DNA from: an uncultured SAR86 cluster bacterium
GTDB taxonomy: Bacteria > Pseudomonadota > Gammaproteobacteria > Magnimaribacterales > AG-339-G14
Length of the DNA: 64,000 nucleotides
Direction of reading: 5' to 3'
Assembly: GCA_902604535.1 (NCBI GenBank)
Contig: CACKZK010000004.1
Coordinates: 14,620-78,619, forward strand
In this document: in pieces, positions 11,122 through 23,020 of the stretch
Layout of the letters: each line of letters starts with the position of its first letter
Position numbering within the stretch: position 1 is the stretch's first letter
The notes under the pieces: model-generated
The model's database searches: none
What the model was told of the DNA's origin: nothing
Seen by the model: only the letters and a program-made list of their open reading frames with translations
Position numbers and translations under genes: made by a program

Positions 11122-11493
11122 TTATTTAGGTTTTTTTGATCCGTACTTGGATCTTCTTTGCTTTCTATCATCGACTCCTGATGTATCCAGCGTACCTCTA
11201 ACCGTATGATACCTAACTCCTGGAAGATCTTTCACCCTTCCACCTCTAAGAAGAACTACAGAGTGTTCCTGAAGATTATGCCCTTCTCCACCAATGTAGG
11301 AAATGACTTCATAACCGGAAGTTAACCTAACTTTACAAACTTTTCTTAAGGCAGAATTAGGCTTCTTTGGCGTAGTAGTATAAACCCGAGTGCAGACTCC
11401 TCTTCTCTGTGGGCACCTATCTAAAGCAGGAACATCTGACTTTGCAGATTTACTTTTTCTAGGTTTTTTAATTAGTTGATTAACTGTAGCCAT
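11122..11493 (-). CDS. rpsL: 30S ribosomal protein S12
   Basis: 123 aa. [15 protein letters not shown] is the canonical S12 N-terminus. Confidence 0.97.
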   Translation of the reverse strand: MATVNQLIKKPRKSKSAKSDVPALDRCPQRRGVCTRVYTTTPKKPNSALRKVCKVRLTSGYEVISYIGGEGHNLQEHSVVLLRGGRVKDLPGVRYHTVRGTLDTSGVDDRKQRRSKYGSKKPK

Positions 11494-11504
11494 TTAGGAG
11501 TGCG

Positions 11505-11533
11505 ATTTTAGATATGATGATAGCCTAGGTCAA
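11505..11533 (-). promoter_or_regulatory. Sigma70-type promoter of the str operon (rpsL-rpsG-fusA)
   Basis: Minus strand TTGACC (11533-11528), then the 17-nt spacer taggctatcatcatatc, then TAAAAT (11510-11505). Only 11 nt (cgcactcctaa) separate the -10 from the rpsL ATG. Confidence 0.5.
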
Positions 11534-11544
11534 ACATTATTTAT

Positions 11545-14500
11545 CTAGTCCTCAGGAACCTCTGTTCCTTCCATAGCTTCTGCCAACTCAATTTCTAAGT
11601 TAGACTCGATTTCATCTTTTTCAGCATTAAAGCCTGTACCTGCAGGAATTAATTTTCCAATAATGACATTTTCTTTGAGCCCTCTAAGATTATCGATCTT
11701 GCCAGTAACAGCAGCTTCAGTTAAAACTCTAGTTGTTTCTTGGAAAGATGCCGCTGATACGAAAGAGTCAGTCGCAAGTGAAGCCTTGGTAATTCCAAGC
11801 AAAAGTCTGTTAAATTCAATTAAAGATTTTCCATCTTCTGAAAGAGATTTATTTTTTTCATAAACTGCAGATAGTTCGGCTTGTTCCCCTAAGATAAAGT
11901 CAGAGTCACCAGGATCAGTGATTTCAACTTTCCTAAGCATTTGCCTGAGAATGACTTCTATGTGTTTATCAGATATTTCAACTCCTTGGAGTCTGTAAAC
12001 ATCTTGTATTTCATTTACAACATAGTCAGTTAGCTCTTCGACTCCTTTAAGAGCTAAAATATCATGAGGACTTAGTGGACCATCACTTACAATATCCCCT
12101 TTGCTAACCATCTCTCCTTCGAAAACATTAATGTTTCTTGTTTTAGGAATGAGTGTCTCAGAAGTTACTTCCTCCTTACCATTCATTTTTGTTATGACTA
12201 ACCTTCTTTTACCCTTAGTTTCCTTACCCCAAGAAACCAGCCCAGACATATCAGCTAAGATTGCCTCCTCCTTAGGTTTTCTGGCTTCAAATAAATCTGC
12301 AACTCTTGGAAGGCCACCAGTAATGTCTCTGGTTTTTGATGATTCTTTAGGAATACGAGCTATAACATCACCAACTTTTATCTTTGAATTATTTGTTAAC
12401 CCAAGAATCGAATTACCTTCAAGAGAATAAACTGCAGCATGCTTTCCTCCAGGTAGAGTTACTTCCTTCCCTTTCTCGTCAATGATACTTACAGAGGGGT
12501 TAAGCTCCTTACCAGAAGTAGATCTTTCAGAAACATCTAAAACTTGAGTGCTACTTAATCCTGTTAAATCATCCTGAATTGTACGAACTGTTATGCTCTC
12601 TTCCATATCAGATAATTTTACTTTACCTTCAACTTCAGAAATTATTGGCCTTGTATGTGGATCCCAAGAAGCAATTGTATCCCCTGCTTTGGCTTGATCT
12701 CCATCTTTTACAGAAATAATTGCTCCATAAGGAACTTTGTATCTTTCTTTTTCCTGACCATTTTCATCTGATACGGATATTTCAGCGGATCTAGAAATGC
12801 ATACATTTTTCTTTTCTCTATTAATCAACGAATTAAGATTTGTATATTTAATGGAACCATCATATTTAATTTGAACCTTATCTTCTTCAGAGGATCTTGA
12901 AGCTGCGCCTCCAATATGGAAGGTTCTCATAGTTAATTGTGTGCCTGGCTCACCAATTGATTGGGCAGCTACAATACCTACTGCCTCACCAGGATCTACA
13001 AGGTTCCCTCTTCCCAGATCTCTTCCGTAACACATAGAACATATTCCGTAGGATGTCTCGCAAGTAATCGGGGATCTGACAAAGATTGAATCAATAGAAT
13101 GATTTCCTAGCTCTTGAGCTATAGTCTCATCAATAACTGTATTAGCTGGTAGCTTGAAAGATCCATCTGATGATGAAACTTCTTTTGCTGTAACTCTCCC
13201 TAAAACTCTATCTTTGAGCTTAAGAACAGTTTCGCCTCCTTCGATAATTGATTTAATCTCTATGCCTCTTTTAGTTTCGCAATCAACTTCTCTTACAACT
13301 AAATCTTGTGCTACATCAACAAGCCTTCTAGTTAAATAACCAGAGTTTGCCGTTTTAAGGGCAGTATCTGCCAAACCTTTTCTAGCTCCATGAGTGGAGG
13401 TAAAGTATTGCAATACTGTTAAACCTTCTCTGAAATTTGCAGTTATAGGGGTTTCAATGATTGAGCCATCTGGTTTGGCCATTAGTCCTCTCATACCTGC
13501 AAGTTGCCTGACTTGTGCGGGCGAACTTCTAGCGCCAGAATCTAAATACATGTAAACAGAATTGAAAGAATCTTGATCAACCTCCTCTCCATCTTTATTA
13601 GTCACTTTCTCTTTAGATATAGTATCCATAAGAGAATTCGCAACTTTTTCATTTGCGCGAGACCAGATATCGATGACCTTATTGTATTTTTCTCCCTGAG
13701 TAACCAAACCAGATGAATATTGAGCTTCGATGTCTTTCACTTCTTGTTCTGATTTCTCAATGATTTCAGCCTTATCATCTGGTATCAAACAATCATCTAC
13801 GCAAATTGAAGAGCCAGATTTAGTTGAATATTCATAACCTTGATACATCAATTGATCAGCAAAAATTACAGTATCTTTAAGACCACAATCCCTATAACAA
13901 GTGTTTATTAGATCGGAAATAGCTTTACTAGTTAAGGTCTTATTGAAATGTTCAAAATTTAAACCATCTGGAGAGATTTGATAAAGTAAAGCTCTTCCAA
14001 CCGTAGTATCTTTAAGCTCATTTTGACCTTCTTTATTTTTAATTCTTACTTTAACTATTGCTTGTAAATCAACAGCTTCTGTCTCAAAGGCTCTGGATAC
14101 TTCTTTAACATCAGCAAAGATAGACCCCTCACCTTTTGCATTAACTTTTTCTCGTGTCATATAGTAAATACCTAAGACAACATCTTGAGACGGATCTATA
14201 ATCGGCCTACCATTAGATGGAGAAAGAATATTATTACTAGCCATTAGCAAGGCACGGCATTCTAATTGAGATTCTAAAGTTAAGGGAACGTGAACAGCCA
14301 TTTGATCCCCATCAAAGTCGGCATTGTATGCTTTACAAACCAAAGGATGTAACTGAATTGCTTTACCTTCGATCAACAAAGGTTCGAATGCTTGAATGCC
14401 CAATCTATGAAGAGTTGGTGCTCTATTTAGTAGAATGGGGTGTTCTTTTATAACGTCAGCTAATATATCCCAAACAACAGGTTCTTCTTTCTCGACCATT

Positions 14501-15693
14501 CTTTTAGCACCTTTAATGGTGGTAGCTAGCTCAAGATTTTGAAGTTTTCCGAAAACGAATGGCTTGAAAAGTTCCAAAGCCATTTTCTTTGGTAATCCGC
14601 ATTGATGCAATTTTAAAGTTGGCCCAACCACGATTACTGAACGTCCAGAATAATCAACCCTTTTTCCTAAAAGGTTTTGTCTAAATCTTCCCTGTTTGCC
14701 TTTTATCATGTCAGCTAGAGATTTAAGAGGTCTTTTATTAGAGCCAGTTATTGCTCTTCCTCGTCTTCCATTATCTAAAAGGGCGTCTACTGATTCTTGA
14801 AGCATTCTCTTTTCATTTCTGACAATAATTTCAGGGGCATTTAGTTCCATAAGTCTTTTCAGCCTGTTATTTCTATTTATGACTCTTCTGTATAAATCAT
14901 TTAAATCTGATGTAGCAAACCTGCCTCCTTCAAGTGGCACCAAAGGTCTTAAATCAGGAGGAAGAACAGGAAGAACGTCAAGTATCATCCATTCAGGCTT
15001 GTTGGAAGAATTATTAAATGATTTAATAATTTTCATTCTTTTGGAAAGTTTTTTTATTTTTGCTTCAGACTTGGTTTCAGTCATTTGCTGCTCTATTAAA
15101 GAAATTTCTTCTTCTAAATCCATTTCCATTAATAAGGTTTTGACAGCTTCTGCACCCATACCAGCTTTAAATTCTTCACCATAATTTTCAAGAGCTTCGT
15201 AATACTCCTCTTCATCCAAAATCTGACATCCTTCTAGATCAGTCATTCCAGGATCAGTAACAACAAAAGATTCAAAATAGAGAATTCTCTCTAACTCTCT
15301 TAATGTCATATCTAGGAGAAGAGCAATTCGTGAAGGTAAAGATTTTAGAAACCAAATGTGGGCAACGGGCGCGGCCAATTCTATGTGACCCATTCTCTCT
15401 CTTCTTACCTTGGCGAGGGTAACTTCAACTCCACATTTTTCGCAAACAACTCCTCTATGTTTCATTCTTTTGTATTTTCCACATATACATTCGTAATCTT
15501 TTATAGGACCAAAAATTTTTGCACAAAACAGACCATCCCTCTCTGGTTTAAATGTTCGATAGTTTATTGTTTCTGGCTTTTTTACTTCTCCAAAAGACCA
15601 CGATCTGATTTGTTGAGGAGAAGCAAGTCCTGCTTTGATCGCATTGAATTCTTCTTGTTCGCCTTGATTAAATAATTTTAATAAATCTTTCAT
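11545..15693 (-). CDS. rpoC: DNA-directed RNA polymerase subunit beta'
   Basis: The track ORF extends to 15723. I prefer the ATG at 15693, giving [10 protein letters not shown] (cf. E. coli MKDLLKFLKAQ), preceded by GAGGAGG within the last codons of rpo[10 protein letters not shown] catalytic motif present. Confidence 0.96.
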   Translation of the reverse strand: MKDLLKLFNQGEQEEFNAIKAGLASPQQIRSWSFGEVKKPETINYRTFKPERDGLFCAKIFGPIKDYECICGKYKRMKHRGVVCEKCGVEVTLAKVRRERMGHIELAAPVAHIWFLKSLPSRIALLLDMTLRELERILYFESFVVTDPGMTDLEGCQILDEEEYYEALENYGEEFKAGMGAEAVKTLLMEMDLEEEISLIEQQMTETKSEAKIKKLSKRMKIIKSFNNSSNKPEWMILDVLPVLPPDLRPLVPLEGGRFATSDLNDLYRRVINRNNRLKRLMELNAPEIIVRNEKRMLQESVDALLDNGRRGRAITGSNKRPLKSLADMIKGKQGRFRQNLLGKRVDYSGRSVIVVGPTLKLHQCGLPKKMALELFKPFVFGKLQNLELATTIKGAKRMVEKEEPVVWDILADVIKEHPILLNRAPTLHRLGIQAFEPLLIEGKAIQLHPLVCKAYNADFDGDQMAVHVPLTLESQLECRALLMASNNILSPSNGRPIIDPSQDVVLGIYYMTREKVNAKGEGSIFADVKEVSRAFETEAVDLQAIVKVRIKNKEGQNELKDTTVGRALLYQISPDGLNFEHFNKTLTSKAISDLINTCYRDCGLKDTVIFADQLMYQGYEYSTKSGSSICVDDCLIPDDKAEIIEKSEQEVKDIEAQYSSGLVTQGEKYNKVIDIWSRANEKVANSLMDTISKEKVTNKDGEEVDQDSFNSVYMYLDSGARSSPAQVRQLAGMRGLMAKPDGSIIETPITANFREGLTVLQYFTSTHGARKGLADTALKTANSGYLTRRLVDVAQDLVVREVDCETKRGIEIKSIIEGGETVLKLKDRVLGRVTAKEVSSSDGSFKLPANTVIDETIAQELGNHSIDSIFVRSPITCETSYGICSMCYGRDLGRGNLVDPGEAVGIVAAQSIGEPGTQLTMRTFHIGGAASRSSEEDKVQIKYDGSIKYTNLNSLINREKKNVCISRSAEISVSDENGQEKERYKVPYGAIISVKDGDQAKAGDTIASWDPHTRPIISEVEGKVKLSDMEESITVRTIQDDLTGLSSTQVLDVSERSTSGKELNPSVSIIDEKGKEVTLPGGKHAAVYSLEGNSILGLTNNSKIKVGDVIARIPKESSKTRDITGGLPRVADLFEARKPKEEAILADMSGLVSWGKETKGKRRLVITKMNGKEEVTSETLIPKTRNINVFEGEMVSKGDIVSDGPLSPHDILALKGVEELTDYVVNEIQDVYRLQGVEISDKHIEVILRQMLRKVEITDPGDSDFILGEQAELSAVYEKNKSLSEDGKSLIEFNRLLLGITKASLATDSFVSAASFQETTRVLTEAAVTGKIDNLRGLKENVIIGKLIPAGTGFNAEKDEIESNLEIELAEAMEGTEVPED

Positions 15694-15697
15694 TTGA

Positions 15698-18600
15698 TTA
15701 AACCTCCTCGAAATCGATATCAATAGCTAAGGATCTGATTTCTTTTGTTAGGACGTTATATGACTCAGGTATCCCAGCTTCCATCTCGTATGAGCCATCA
15801 ACAATATTTTTATAAATTTTTGTCCTTCCATATACATCATCAGACTTGACTGTAAGCATTTCCTGAAGAGTATGTGATGCACCATAAGCTTCAAGAGCCC
15901 ATACCTCCATTTCTCCAAGTCTTTGTCCCCCAAATTGGGCTTTTCCTCCAAGTGGTTGCTGAGTAACTAGACTATATGAACCAGTCGAACGTGCATGCAT
16001 TTTGTCTTCGATAAGATGATTAAGTTTAAGCATGTACATGTAACCAACGGTAACTTGGCGATCAAATTTATCTCCTGTTCTTCCGTCATATAGTGTTGTT
16101 TGGCCAGTTTCAGGGAGATTGGCTAACTTCAACATATCCTTAATTTCTGACTCATTTGCACCATCAAAAACTGGAGTTGCCATGGGAACGCCGTTTTTAA
16201 GATTATGACAAAGCTCCAAAAATTCACTGTCATTAAGAGAATTTACATTCTGATTCATCCCAGATTTAAGATAAATTTTATCAATGTATGATCTCAAAGA
16301 TTTAAGATCCTTATAATTTTCAAGCATCTTAGATATTTCATCTCCAAGTCCTTTTGCAGCCGAACCAAGATGTACTTCAAGGAGTTGTCCAACATTCATT
16401 CTTGACGGCACTCCTAATGGATTCAATACTAAGTCAACTGGTTCACCATTTTCATCATAAGGCATGTCTTCAACTGGCATTATTACGGATATAACACCCT
16501 TGTTACCATGTCTACCTGCTAATTTATCACCTGGCTGAATTCTTCTTTTAATTGCTAAATAAACTTTAATAACTTGCTGAACACCAGGAGGAAGATCATC
16601 CCCAGAGATGATTTTTTTCTTCTTAGCTTCAAATCTATTTTTGAGCATTTTTTCATATGCCTTTAAATTATCTTTAGATTCTTTTAATTGATCGTTAATA
16701 TCTTCACTTTGCATTCTCAACTTAAACCATTCATCAGGTGCAAGGTTATCTAAAAACTCTTTAGATAAAGTTTCTCCTTTAGATATACCTCTTCCTGAGA
16801 TGACTTTTTGGCCTGTCAAAACAGATCTTAAAGAATTAATCGTTGCATTTGTAACTATCTCTAATTCCTCATCGAGATCTTTTTGGATTTCAGCTAAGGA
16901 AACAGATTCTATAACAGAAGCTCTGGGATTCTTCTCTAATCCCTCTCTAGTATATATTTGAACATCTATCACTGTTCCATCAGCACCGCTTGGAACCCTT
17001 AAGGAGGTATCTTTTACATCTGCCGCCTTTTCTCCAAATATTGCTCTTAGAAGCTTTTCTTCGGGCGAAAGCTGTGTTTCACCCTTAGGTGTAACTTTTC
17101 CAACTAAAATATCTCCAGCTTTTACTTGTGCTCCAATGTATACGACTCCACACTCATCAAGCTTTCCTAAAGCGGATTCACCTACATTTGGAATATCAGC
17201 TGTAATTTCATCAGGTCCTAATTTCGTATCTCTAGCTGTACAAGTTAGTTCTTGAATATGAATGCTTGTAAGTTTATCTTCTTTGACTAATTTATCAGAA
17301 ATAAGGATTGAATCTTCAAAGTTATATCCATGCCAAGGCATAAATGCAATCTTAATATTTTGACCAAGAGCTAATTCTCCAAGATCAATTGAAGAGCCAT
17401 CTGCTAAAATATCTCCTTTGGCAACTTTATCTCCAACTTTAACTATTGGTTTCTGATTCATACATGTATTTTGGTTAGACCTTGTATATTTTGTAAGGTT
17501 GTAAATGTCTACGGCAGAGTTAGTCGAAGAGATTTCTTTCATATCTTTTCTAACCACTACTCTTCCTGAATCTACTCTTTCCACGATACCTTTATTTTCT
17601 GCAATAACACAGTCGCCCGAATCTTTAGCAACTAATCTTTCCATTCCAGTTCCAACAAGAGGAGCCTCTGTTTTTAAAGTAGGAACTGCCTGTCTCATCA
17701 TATTAGAGCCCATCAATGCCCTATTTGCATCGTCGTGCTCCAGAAAAGGTATAAGAGAAGCTGCTATAGATACTACCTGCTGAGGAGAAACATCCATAAG
17801 CTCAACTCTGTCTGCTGACATAAGTTCAAATTCATTTTTAAATCGAACAGGAACAAGCTCGTCTAAAAATTTATTATTTTTATCTAGCATTGCACTTGCT
17901 TGAGCAATAACAAACTCACCTTCTTCTATTGCAGAAATATACTTAATATTTTCTGTCACTTTGCCGTTAATGACTTGTCTATATGGAGTTTCAATAAATC
18001 CAAAATCATTGACCTTAGCAAAAACTGATAAAGAATTTATTAATCCAATATTAGGTCCTTCTGGGGTTTCTATAGGACATACTCTCCCGTAATGACTGGG
18101 GTGAACATCTCTTACTTCAAAGCCAGCTCTTTCTCTAGTTAATCCTCCTGGTCCTAATGCTGAAACTCTTCTTTTATGTGTAATGGCTGCAAGAGGATTA
18201 TTTTGATCCATGAATTGTGAAAGTTGACTTGAACCAAAAAATTCATTTATAGCTGCAGTAACAGGCTTAGCATTGATAAGATCTGCTGGTCCAAAACCCT
18301 CAGCTTCAGCAACGTTTAATCTTTCTCTAACAGCTCTTTCGACTCTAAGAAGTCCAACTCTTACCTGATTAGATACCATTTCACCGACTGATCTTATTCG
18401 TCTATTTCCCAGATGATCAATGTCATCGCAGTCTTGCTTTCCATTCCTTATATCGACAAGAGTTTTTGTGACATCGATAATATCCTCTTTACTTAAAATA
18501 CCTAATCCTTGAAGATCTTCCCTTCCCAAACGACGGTTGAATTTCATTCTTCCTACGTCAGATAGATCGTATTTTTCCGGATTAAAAAATAAATTTTCAA

Positions 18601-19777
18601 AAAGATTTGTTGCTGCTTCTTTTGTTGGAGGCTCTCCGGGTCTCATCATTCTATAGATCTCTGCTAAAGCTTCTAATTGAGAAGTGGTAGTATCAGACCT
18701 CAGTGTTTCTGAAATATAAGGTCCTGATTCGAGCTCATTTATATAAAGAACTTTAATTTCCTTGAGTTTTTTTTCCTGAATAGCTTTGACAATTGTCTCA
18801 TCAATGACAGAGTTACATGGTATTAGAAGCTCCCCGGTTTCTTTGTTAATGATATCTTCAGCAGTGATTAAGCCATCTAAGCCATCAGAATCCAAAGTTA
18901 TTGTTTTAATTTTATTGGAATCAATTAGCCTTATGTGCCTTGCAGTAATTCTTTGTCCTTTTTCAACAATTGTCTCCTTGCCATCCTTATCCTTAATTTC
19001 AACTGGTGATATTCTTCCCATCAGTCTTCTTGAGTTGATTTTAAGAGAGAATCCTTGTGGGATTACAGAATAAGTCTCCGATTCATAAAACGTTTCTAAT
19101 ATCTCCTGATTAGCCATTCCAAGAGCCTTAAGTAAGATAGAAGCATAGAGTTTTCTTCTTCTATCTATTCTTATGTAGACATGATCTTTATGATCAAATT
19201 CAAAGTCCAGCCAAGAGCCTCTGTAGGGAATTACCCTTGAAGCATAGAGTAATTTCCCAGAAGAATGCGTTTTTCCTTTGTCATGATCAAAAATTAAGCC
19301 AGGTGATCTATGTAATTGAGAAACAACTACTCTTTCAACACCATTGATTACAAAAGTTCCATAGGTTGTCATCAAAGGTATAGTCCCCATGTAAACCTTC
19401 TCCTCTCGAGCAGATTTAAGAATTTCCTCTCCAGTTGCTTTGTCTAAGAAAGAAATTCTACATATGATTCTCATTGTTGATTCATATGTAGTACCTCTAG
19501 CAATGCACTCGCTTACATCGAATTCTGGCTCATCAAGCTCGTAACCAAGGTATTCAATTTTTGCGTTACCTGAGACACTAATGATAGGGAAGATAGAGTT
19601 GAATACTCCATGAAGGCCCTGATTTTGCCTTTCTTCTGGAGATAGATGAGATTGTAAAAATTCCTTATAAGAGTTTGTTTGTACTTCAAGAATATCAGGA
19701 AAATTCATGACACTTGAAATTTTTTCAAAACTATTTCTTATTCTTTTCTTTTCGGCAAAACTATATTTATTTGGCAT
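15698..19777 (-). CDS. rpoB: DNA-directed RNA polymerase subunit beta
   Basis: 1359 aa. [17 protein letters not shown]... with conserved regions throughout. Sits 4 nt upstream of rpoC. Confidence 0.97.
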   Translation of the reverse strand: MPNKYSFAEKKRIRNSFEKISSVMNFPDILEVQTNSYKEFLQSHLSPEERQNQGLHGVFNSIFPIISVSGNAKIEYLGYELDEPEFDVSECIARGTTYESTMRIICRISFLDKATGEEILKSAREEKVYMGTIPLMTTYGTFVINGVERVVVSQLHRSPGLIFDHDKGKTHSSGKLLYASRVIPYRGSWLDFEFDHKDHVYIRIDRRRKLYASILLKALGMANQEILETFYESETYSVIPQGFSLKINSRRLMGRISPVEIKDKDGKETIVEKGQRITARHIRLIDSNKIKTITLDSDGLDGLITAEDIINKETGELLIPCNSVIDETIVKAIQEKKLKEIKVLYINELESGPYISETLRSDTTTSQLEALAEIYRMMRPGEPPTKEAATNLFENLFFNPEKYDLSDVGRMKFNRRLGREDLQGLGILSKEDIIDVTKTLVDIRNGKQDCDDIDHLGNRRIRSVGEMVSNQVRVGLLRVERAVRERLNVAEAEGFGPADLINAKPVTAAINEFFGSSQLSQFMDQNNPLAAITHKRRVSALGPGGLTRERAGFEVRDVHPSHYGRVCPIETPEGPNIGLINSLSVFAKVNDFGFIETPYRQVINGKVTENIKYISAIEEGEFVIAQASAMLDKNNKFLDELVPVRFKNEFELMSADRVELMDVSPQQVVSIAASLIPFLEHDDANRALMGSNMMRQAVPTLKTEAPLVGTGMERLVAKDSGDCVIAENKGIVERVDSGRVVVRKDMKEISSTNSAVDIYNLTKYTRSNQNTCMNQKPIVKVGDKVAKGDILADGSSIDLGELALGQNIKIAFMPWHGYNFEDSILISDKLVKEDKLTSIHIQELTCTARDTKLGPDEITADIPNVGESALGKLDECGVVYIGAQVKAGDILVGKVTPKGETQLSPEEKLLRAIFGEKAADVKDTSLRVPSGADGTVIDVQIYTREGLEKNPRASVIESVSLAEIQKDLDEELEIVTNATINSLRSVLTGQKVISGRGISKGETLSKEFLDNLAPDEWFKLRMQSEDINDQLKESKDNLKAYEKMLKNRFEAKKKKIISGDDLPPGVQQVIKVYLAIKRRIQPGDKLAGRHGNKGVISVIMPVEDMPYDENGEPVDLVLNPLGVPSRMNVGQLLEVHLGSAAKGLGDEISKMLENYKDLKSLRSYIDKIYLKSGMNQNVNSLNDSEFLELCHNLKNGVPMATPVFDGANESEIKDMLKLANLPETGQTTLYDGRTGDKFDRQVTVGYMYMLKLNHLIEDKMHARSTGSYSLVTQQPLGGKAQFGGQRLGEMEVWALEAYGASHTLQEMLTVKSDDVYGRTKIYKNIVDGSYEMEAGIPESYNVLTKEIRSLAIDIDFEEV

Positions 19778-19798
19778 AAAAATTATATATATTTAAAG

Positions 19799-20182
19799 TT
19801 ATTTAAGTTCGACAGTGGCTCCAGCTTCTTCTAATTGAGATTTTGCTTGCTCAGCTTCATCTTTATTAGCCCCTTCTTTTAATGATGAGGGCGCCCCATC
19901 AACAAGAGCTTTAGCTTCTTTTAGCCCAAGACCAGTTATGGTCCTAACAACTTTAATTACATCAATTTTTTTATCGCCAACTTCAGCTAGGAAAATCTCA
20001 AATTCTGATTTTTCCTCTGCAGCTTCACCGGCTTCAGCTCCTGCCGGAACTGCTGCAACTGCAGCGACAGGTGCTGCGGCAGTGACTCCGAATTTATCTT
20101 CCATAAGTTTTATTAGATCTACCATATCCATTACACTCATATCGGATATTGCATCTAATATTTCTTCTTTTGATAGTGCCAT
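19799..20182 (-). CDS. rplL: 50S ribosomal protein L7/L12
   Basis: 127 aa. Ala-rich hinge [24 protein letters not shown] and C-terminal domain ...[15 protein letters not shown].... Confidence 0.97.
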   Translation of the reverse strand: MALSKEEILDAISDMSVMDMVDLIKLMEDKFGVTAAAPVAAVAAVPAGAEAGEAAEEKSEFEIFLAEVGDKKIDVIKVVRTITGLGLKEAKALVDGAPSSLKEGANKDEAEQAKSQLEEAGATVELK

Positions 20183-20209
20183 TACTACTCCTTAAATTAA
20201 AGTTTAGAA

Positions 20210-20728
20210 TTATGATTTAGCATCTTTTACAGCATCCAAAGTTCTTACAAAGTTTGAAGGCAAATTATGCAATCCACCTGCAAATTTTTGAATTGGACTT
20301 TGTAGTACGCTCATTAACATAGAAATTGCTTCTTCCTTTGATGGTAGTGTAGCAAGTCTATCAAGCTCACTAGCATCCATAAGCCCTTCACCCACTGACA
20401 ACCCTTTTACGCTAAAAGACTCATGAGATTTTGAGAAATCTTTTACGAGTTTTGCAGCACTTTTAAAGTCATCAAGAGAAAAAGCAAATAAACTAGGCCC
20501 ACTAAGAACTTCATTGATTGAATCAAATTTAGTTCCTTCTAAGGCTCTTTTAGCCAGTGTATTTTTGATCACTCTTAAATAAACTGAACTAGATGAAGCA
20601 TCTTTTCTTAGAAGGGTTAAGTCAGGAACATTCGTACCTCTATAATCAACGACAACGGCTGACAAGGCTTCATCAGCAACCTTCTTTAACTCATCTACAA
20701 CTAATTTCTTTTCTTCTAAACGCGACAT
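20210..20728 (-). CDS. rplJ: 50S ribosomal protein L10
   Basis: 172 aa. Sits upstream of rplL. ...AVVVDYRGTNVPDLTLLRK... is L10-like. Confidence 0.95.
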   Translation of the reverse strand: MSRLEEKKLVVDELKKVADEALSAVVVDYRGTNVPDLTLLRKDASSSSVYLRVIKNTLAKRALEGTKFDSINEVLSGPSLFAFSLDDFKSAAKLVKDFSKSHESFSVKGLSVGEGLMDASELDRLATLPSKEEAISMLMSVLQSPIQKFAGGLHNLPSNFVRTLDAVKDAKS

Positions 20729-20898
20729 TAAATAAACCTCTCTTTTTTAAAGTGAGAGAACTTCCAACCAAGGTATAAAAGACTTGGTACATCTACGCAT
20801 GAAATTAAGTTTTTATGGTAAAAACCAAAAAACACATGCGGTCTAAGACAATCGCGAAAACGCAAATGCTTATTTAAATGTTCTGGATCGCGCATCAT
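20728..20898 (-). CDS. Hypothetical 56-aa ORF filling the rplA-rplJ spacer (doubtful)
   Basis: Hand translation gives MMRDPEHLNKHLRFRDCLRPHVFFGFYHKNLISCVDVPSLLYLGWKFSHFKKERFI. The ATG lies 11 nt after the rplA stop, and the TAA shares a base with the rplJ ATG (TAATG). The ORF is below the track's length cut-off, has no SD, and I recognise no family. Confidence 0.15.
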   Translation of the reverse strand: MMRDPEHLNKHLRFRDCLRPHVFFGFYHKNLISCVDVPSLLYLGWKFSHFKKERFI

Positions 20899-20909
20899 AC
20901 AGGAAAAAA
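20729..20909 (-). promoter_or_regulatory. rplA-rplJ spacer: probable rplJ 5' leader / L10 autoregulatory region
   Basis: This is the largest non-coding gap in the window (181 nt) and is relatively GC-rich. Minus-strand stems: CGCATG...(33 nt)...CATGCG, ACCAAG-tcttttatac-CTTGGT, and CTCTC-actttaaaaaa-GAGAG, which sequesters the rplJ SD. A -10-like TATGAT (20899-20894) is followed by gcgcgatcc. In other bacteria this position carries the L10 leader. Confidence 0.35.
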
Positions 20910-21605
20910 TCAGAAATTGAGAGAGGAAATATCTATTTCTAATCCAGGTCCCATAGTTGATGACATCGAAACTTTTGAAATGAAAACTCCCTTAGATGAA
21001 GGTGGTTTTGATTTCTTTAAATCTGCTAAAAAATATTGCAAGTTATCTTTAATTTCTTCCTTGCTTTGAGTTATCTGACCTATCCTGCAATGCACTATTC
21101 CTTGCTTATCAGATTTAAATCTAACTTGACCAGATTTAGCATTTTTCACTGCGCTGGAAACATCTTTTGTCACAGTTTCAGACTTAGGGTTTGGCATTAA
21201 GCCTTTAGGTCCAAGGATCTGACCCAAAGGACTAACAATTTTCATAGTATCAGGAGTCGCTACAATTACATCATAGTCTATTGCCCCAGATTTCATTTCA
21301 TCGGCGAGTTCTTCCATGCCTACTTTATCAGCTCCTGCATCAAGCGCATTTTTAGCATCATCACCCTCAGCAAAGACAGCGACCTTATATGAACGACCAG
21401 TGCCATGAGGAAGATTAGATGCCCCTCTAACATTTTGGTCTGACTTTGATGGATCGACACCAAGATTAATGCTCACATCTAGTGCCTCGGTGAATTTTTC
21501 AGATTTATGCTCAAAAAGGATATCTAAAGCTTCTTCAAGGTTATAGGTAGAAGCTTGGTCTAACTTTTCTCTTAAAGGTTTATTCTTTTTTGATGTTTTA
21601 ACCAT
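20910..21605 (-). CDS. rplA: 50S ribosomal protein L1
   Basis: 231 aa. ...ALDVSINLGVDPSKSDQNVRG... is L1-like. TAATG overlap with rplK. Confidence 0.96.
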   Translation of the reverse strand: MVKTSKKNKPLREKLDQASTYNLEEALDILFEHKSEKFTEALDVSINLGVDPSKSDQNVRGASNLPHGTGRSYKVAVFAEGDDAKNALDAGADKVGMEELADEMKSGAIDYDVIVATPDTMKIVSPLGQILGPKGLMPNPKSETVTKDVSSAVKNAKSGQVRFKSDKQGIVHCRIGQITQSKEEIKDNLQYFLADLKKSKPPSSKGVFISKVSMSSTMGPGLEIDISSLNF

Positions 21606-22036
21606 TAATCTATTACCTCTATTCCCATACTTCTTGCACTTCCAGATATAATTTTTACTGCAGCATTCATATCAGCAGCGTTAAGATCTTGCATTTTCTT
21701 TTGAGCTATTTCTTCAACTTGAGCCATGGTAACTTTTCCTACTTTCAGAGAGTTAGGCGTAGGACTACCTTTATCAAGACCTGCAGCTTTTTTCAAAAGA
21801 ATGCTTGCAGGAGTTGTCTTTACAATAAAATCAAAACTTTTATCTTCGTAGACTGTAATTACAACAGGAACAGGAACATTCTTTTCCATGTCATTAGTTT
21901 TAGAGTTGAATGCATTACAAAAGTCCATCAAATTTACACCGTGTTGACCCAAGGCTGGTCCAACAGGAGGACTAGGAGAAGCAGCGCCAGCAGGTACTTG
22001 AAGTTTTATATAAGTATCGATCTTTTTTTCCGCCAT
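21605..22036 (-). CDS. rplK: 50S ribosomal protein L11
   Basis: 143 aa. [30 protein letters not shown] motif. Confidence 0.97.
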   Translation of the reverse strand: MAEKKIDTYIKLQVPAGAASPSPPVGPALGQHGVNLMDFCNAFNSKTNDMEKNVPVPVVITVYEDKSFDFIVKTTPASILLKKAAGLDKGSPTPNSLKVGKVTMAQVEEIAQKKMQDLNAADMNAAVKIISGSARSMGIEVID

Positions 22037-22569
22037 TATGCTCTCTCAATTTGATTAAAATCTAACTCGACCGGAGTCGATCTTCCAAAAATCATTACTG
22101 CTACCTTAATTTTTCCTTTATCTGGATCAACTTCTTCAATCACACCGCTAAAGTCATTAAAAGGCCCATCAATGACTCTAATCATTTCTCCAGCCTCGTA
22201 GATATTTTGTTTTGAGGATGTTTCAACTCCAGATTCAATTTGATTTAAAATTCTGTTAGCTTCGTTTTCTGATATTGGTCTGGGGTTTGTCTTGGTGCCT
22301 CCTATAAAACCTAGGACTCTTGGAGTCTCTTTAACAAGGTGCCACGTATCATCATTCATTTCCATCTCAACTAAAATGTATCCTGGGAAAAATTTCTTTT
22401 GGATGGTTTTTTCTTTTCCTGCTTTCATTTCAGTTATTTCTTCCGAAGGAACTTCTATCTTTCCAAAAAAATCATCCATTCCATGAAGATTTATTCTTTC
22501 AATAAGCTGCTCTTTGGCCTTATTTTCATATCCAGAGTAAGAATTAAGAACGTACCAAGATTTTGACAT
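22036..22569 (-). CDS. nusG: Transcription termination/antitermination factor NusG
   Basis: The track ORF extends to 22623. The ATG at 22569 gives [18 protein letters not shown] (cf. E. coli ...RWYVVQAFSGFEGRV). C-terminal KOW region [17 protein letters not shown]. Confidence 0.95.
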   Translation of the reverse strand: MSKSWYVLNSYSGYENKAKEQLIERINLHGMDDFFGKIEVPSEEITEMKAGKEKTIQKKFFPGYILVEMEMNDDTWHLVKETPRVLGFIGGTKTNPRPISENEANRILNQIESGVETSSKQNIYEAGEMIRVIDGPFNDFSGVIEEVDPDKGKIKVAVMIFGRSTPVELDFNQIERA

Positions 22570-22571
22570 TT

Positions 22572-22919
22572 CTACCCCAACAACAAATTTAATCCAAAAG
22601 AAAAAAGAGAGTCTAAGCCCCACAACAACAATGATGCAGCAATAACCGCTGCTAGAACTATTAGTGTCGTTTGCGTAGTCTCAGATCTATTCGGCCACAC
22701 TACCTTCCTTACCTCTGTTAAAGAAGCAATGATAAGATTGTATGCAGAATTTCCAAAAATTGTGAATCGAATAATTGATAACCCTAGAATTAGCAAGGCA
22801 ATAACAATCAATGTTCTGTATAACAGTGCTATTTCTGAATAATAAGAGTTCCCCCAAACAGCAATCAATATAACTGCTGACCCGAGGATCCATAAAATTT
22901 TACTGCTAACTGAAGCCAT
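22572..22919 (-). CDS. secE: Preprotein translocase subunit SecE
   Basis: 115 aa with three hydrophobic segments. EVRKVVWPNRSETTQTT motif. Lies between tRNA-Trp and nusG. Confidence 0.92.
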   Translation of the reverse strand: MASVSSKILWILGSAVILIAVWGNSYYSEIALLYRTLIVIALLILGLSIIRFTIFGNSAYNLIIASLTEVRKVVWPNRSETTQTTLIVLAAVIAASLLLWGLDSLFSFGLNLLLG

Positions 22920-22944
22920 ATTTTCTATTCTATATCCATTTGCG

Positions 22945-23020
22945 TGGCAGGCCAGGAGGGAATCGAACCCCCAACCTGCGGTTTTGGAGACCGCCGCTCT
23001 ACCAATTGAGCTACTGGCCT
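22945..23020 (-). tRNA. tRNA-Trp (anticodon CCA)
   Basis: 76 nt: AGGCCAGTAGCTCAATTGGTAGAGCGGCGGTCTCCAAAACCGCAGGTTGGGGGTTCGATTCCCTCCTGGCCTGCCA. Acceptor stem AGGCCAG/CTGGCCT and anticodon arm GCGGT-CTCCAAA-ACCGC fold as a cloverleaf. CCA is encoded. Confidence 0.95.

Noticed and set aside
15694-15723. Upstream extensions of track ORFs beyond the homologous N-termini: rpoC to 15723, nusG to 22623, OM paralog 1 to 53275, the ABC ATPase to 62215, the trx-like gene to 41335, the DsbD-alpha ORF from 62136, and rpsJ to 8392.
   Set aside because: In each case an internal ATG (or, for rpsJ, an SD-preceded TTG) reproduces the canonical N-terminus or a signal peptide. The extension starts at a non-ATG codon and overlaps the neighbouring gene.
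11663-19073. Plus-strand ORFs of 60-109 aa inside rpoC/rpoB: 11663-11863, 12101-12430, 13154-13339, 14879-15184, 15358-15675, 17505-17783 and 18786-19073. The minus-strand alternate-frame ORF 15748-15951 belongs with them.
   Set aside because: All lie antisense to, or out of frame with, unambiguous and highly conserved genes. They have low-complexity Ser/Leu/Phe-rich translations typical of shadow ORFs and resemble no family I recognise.
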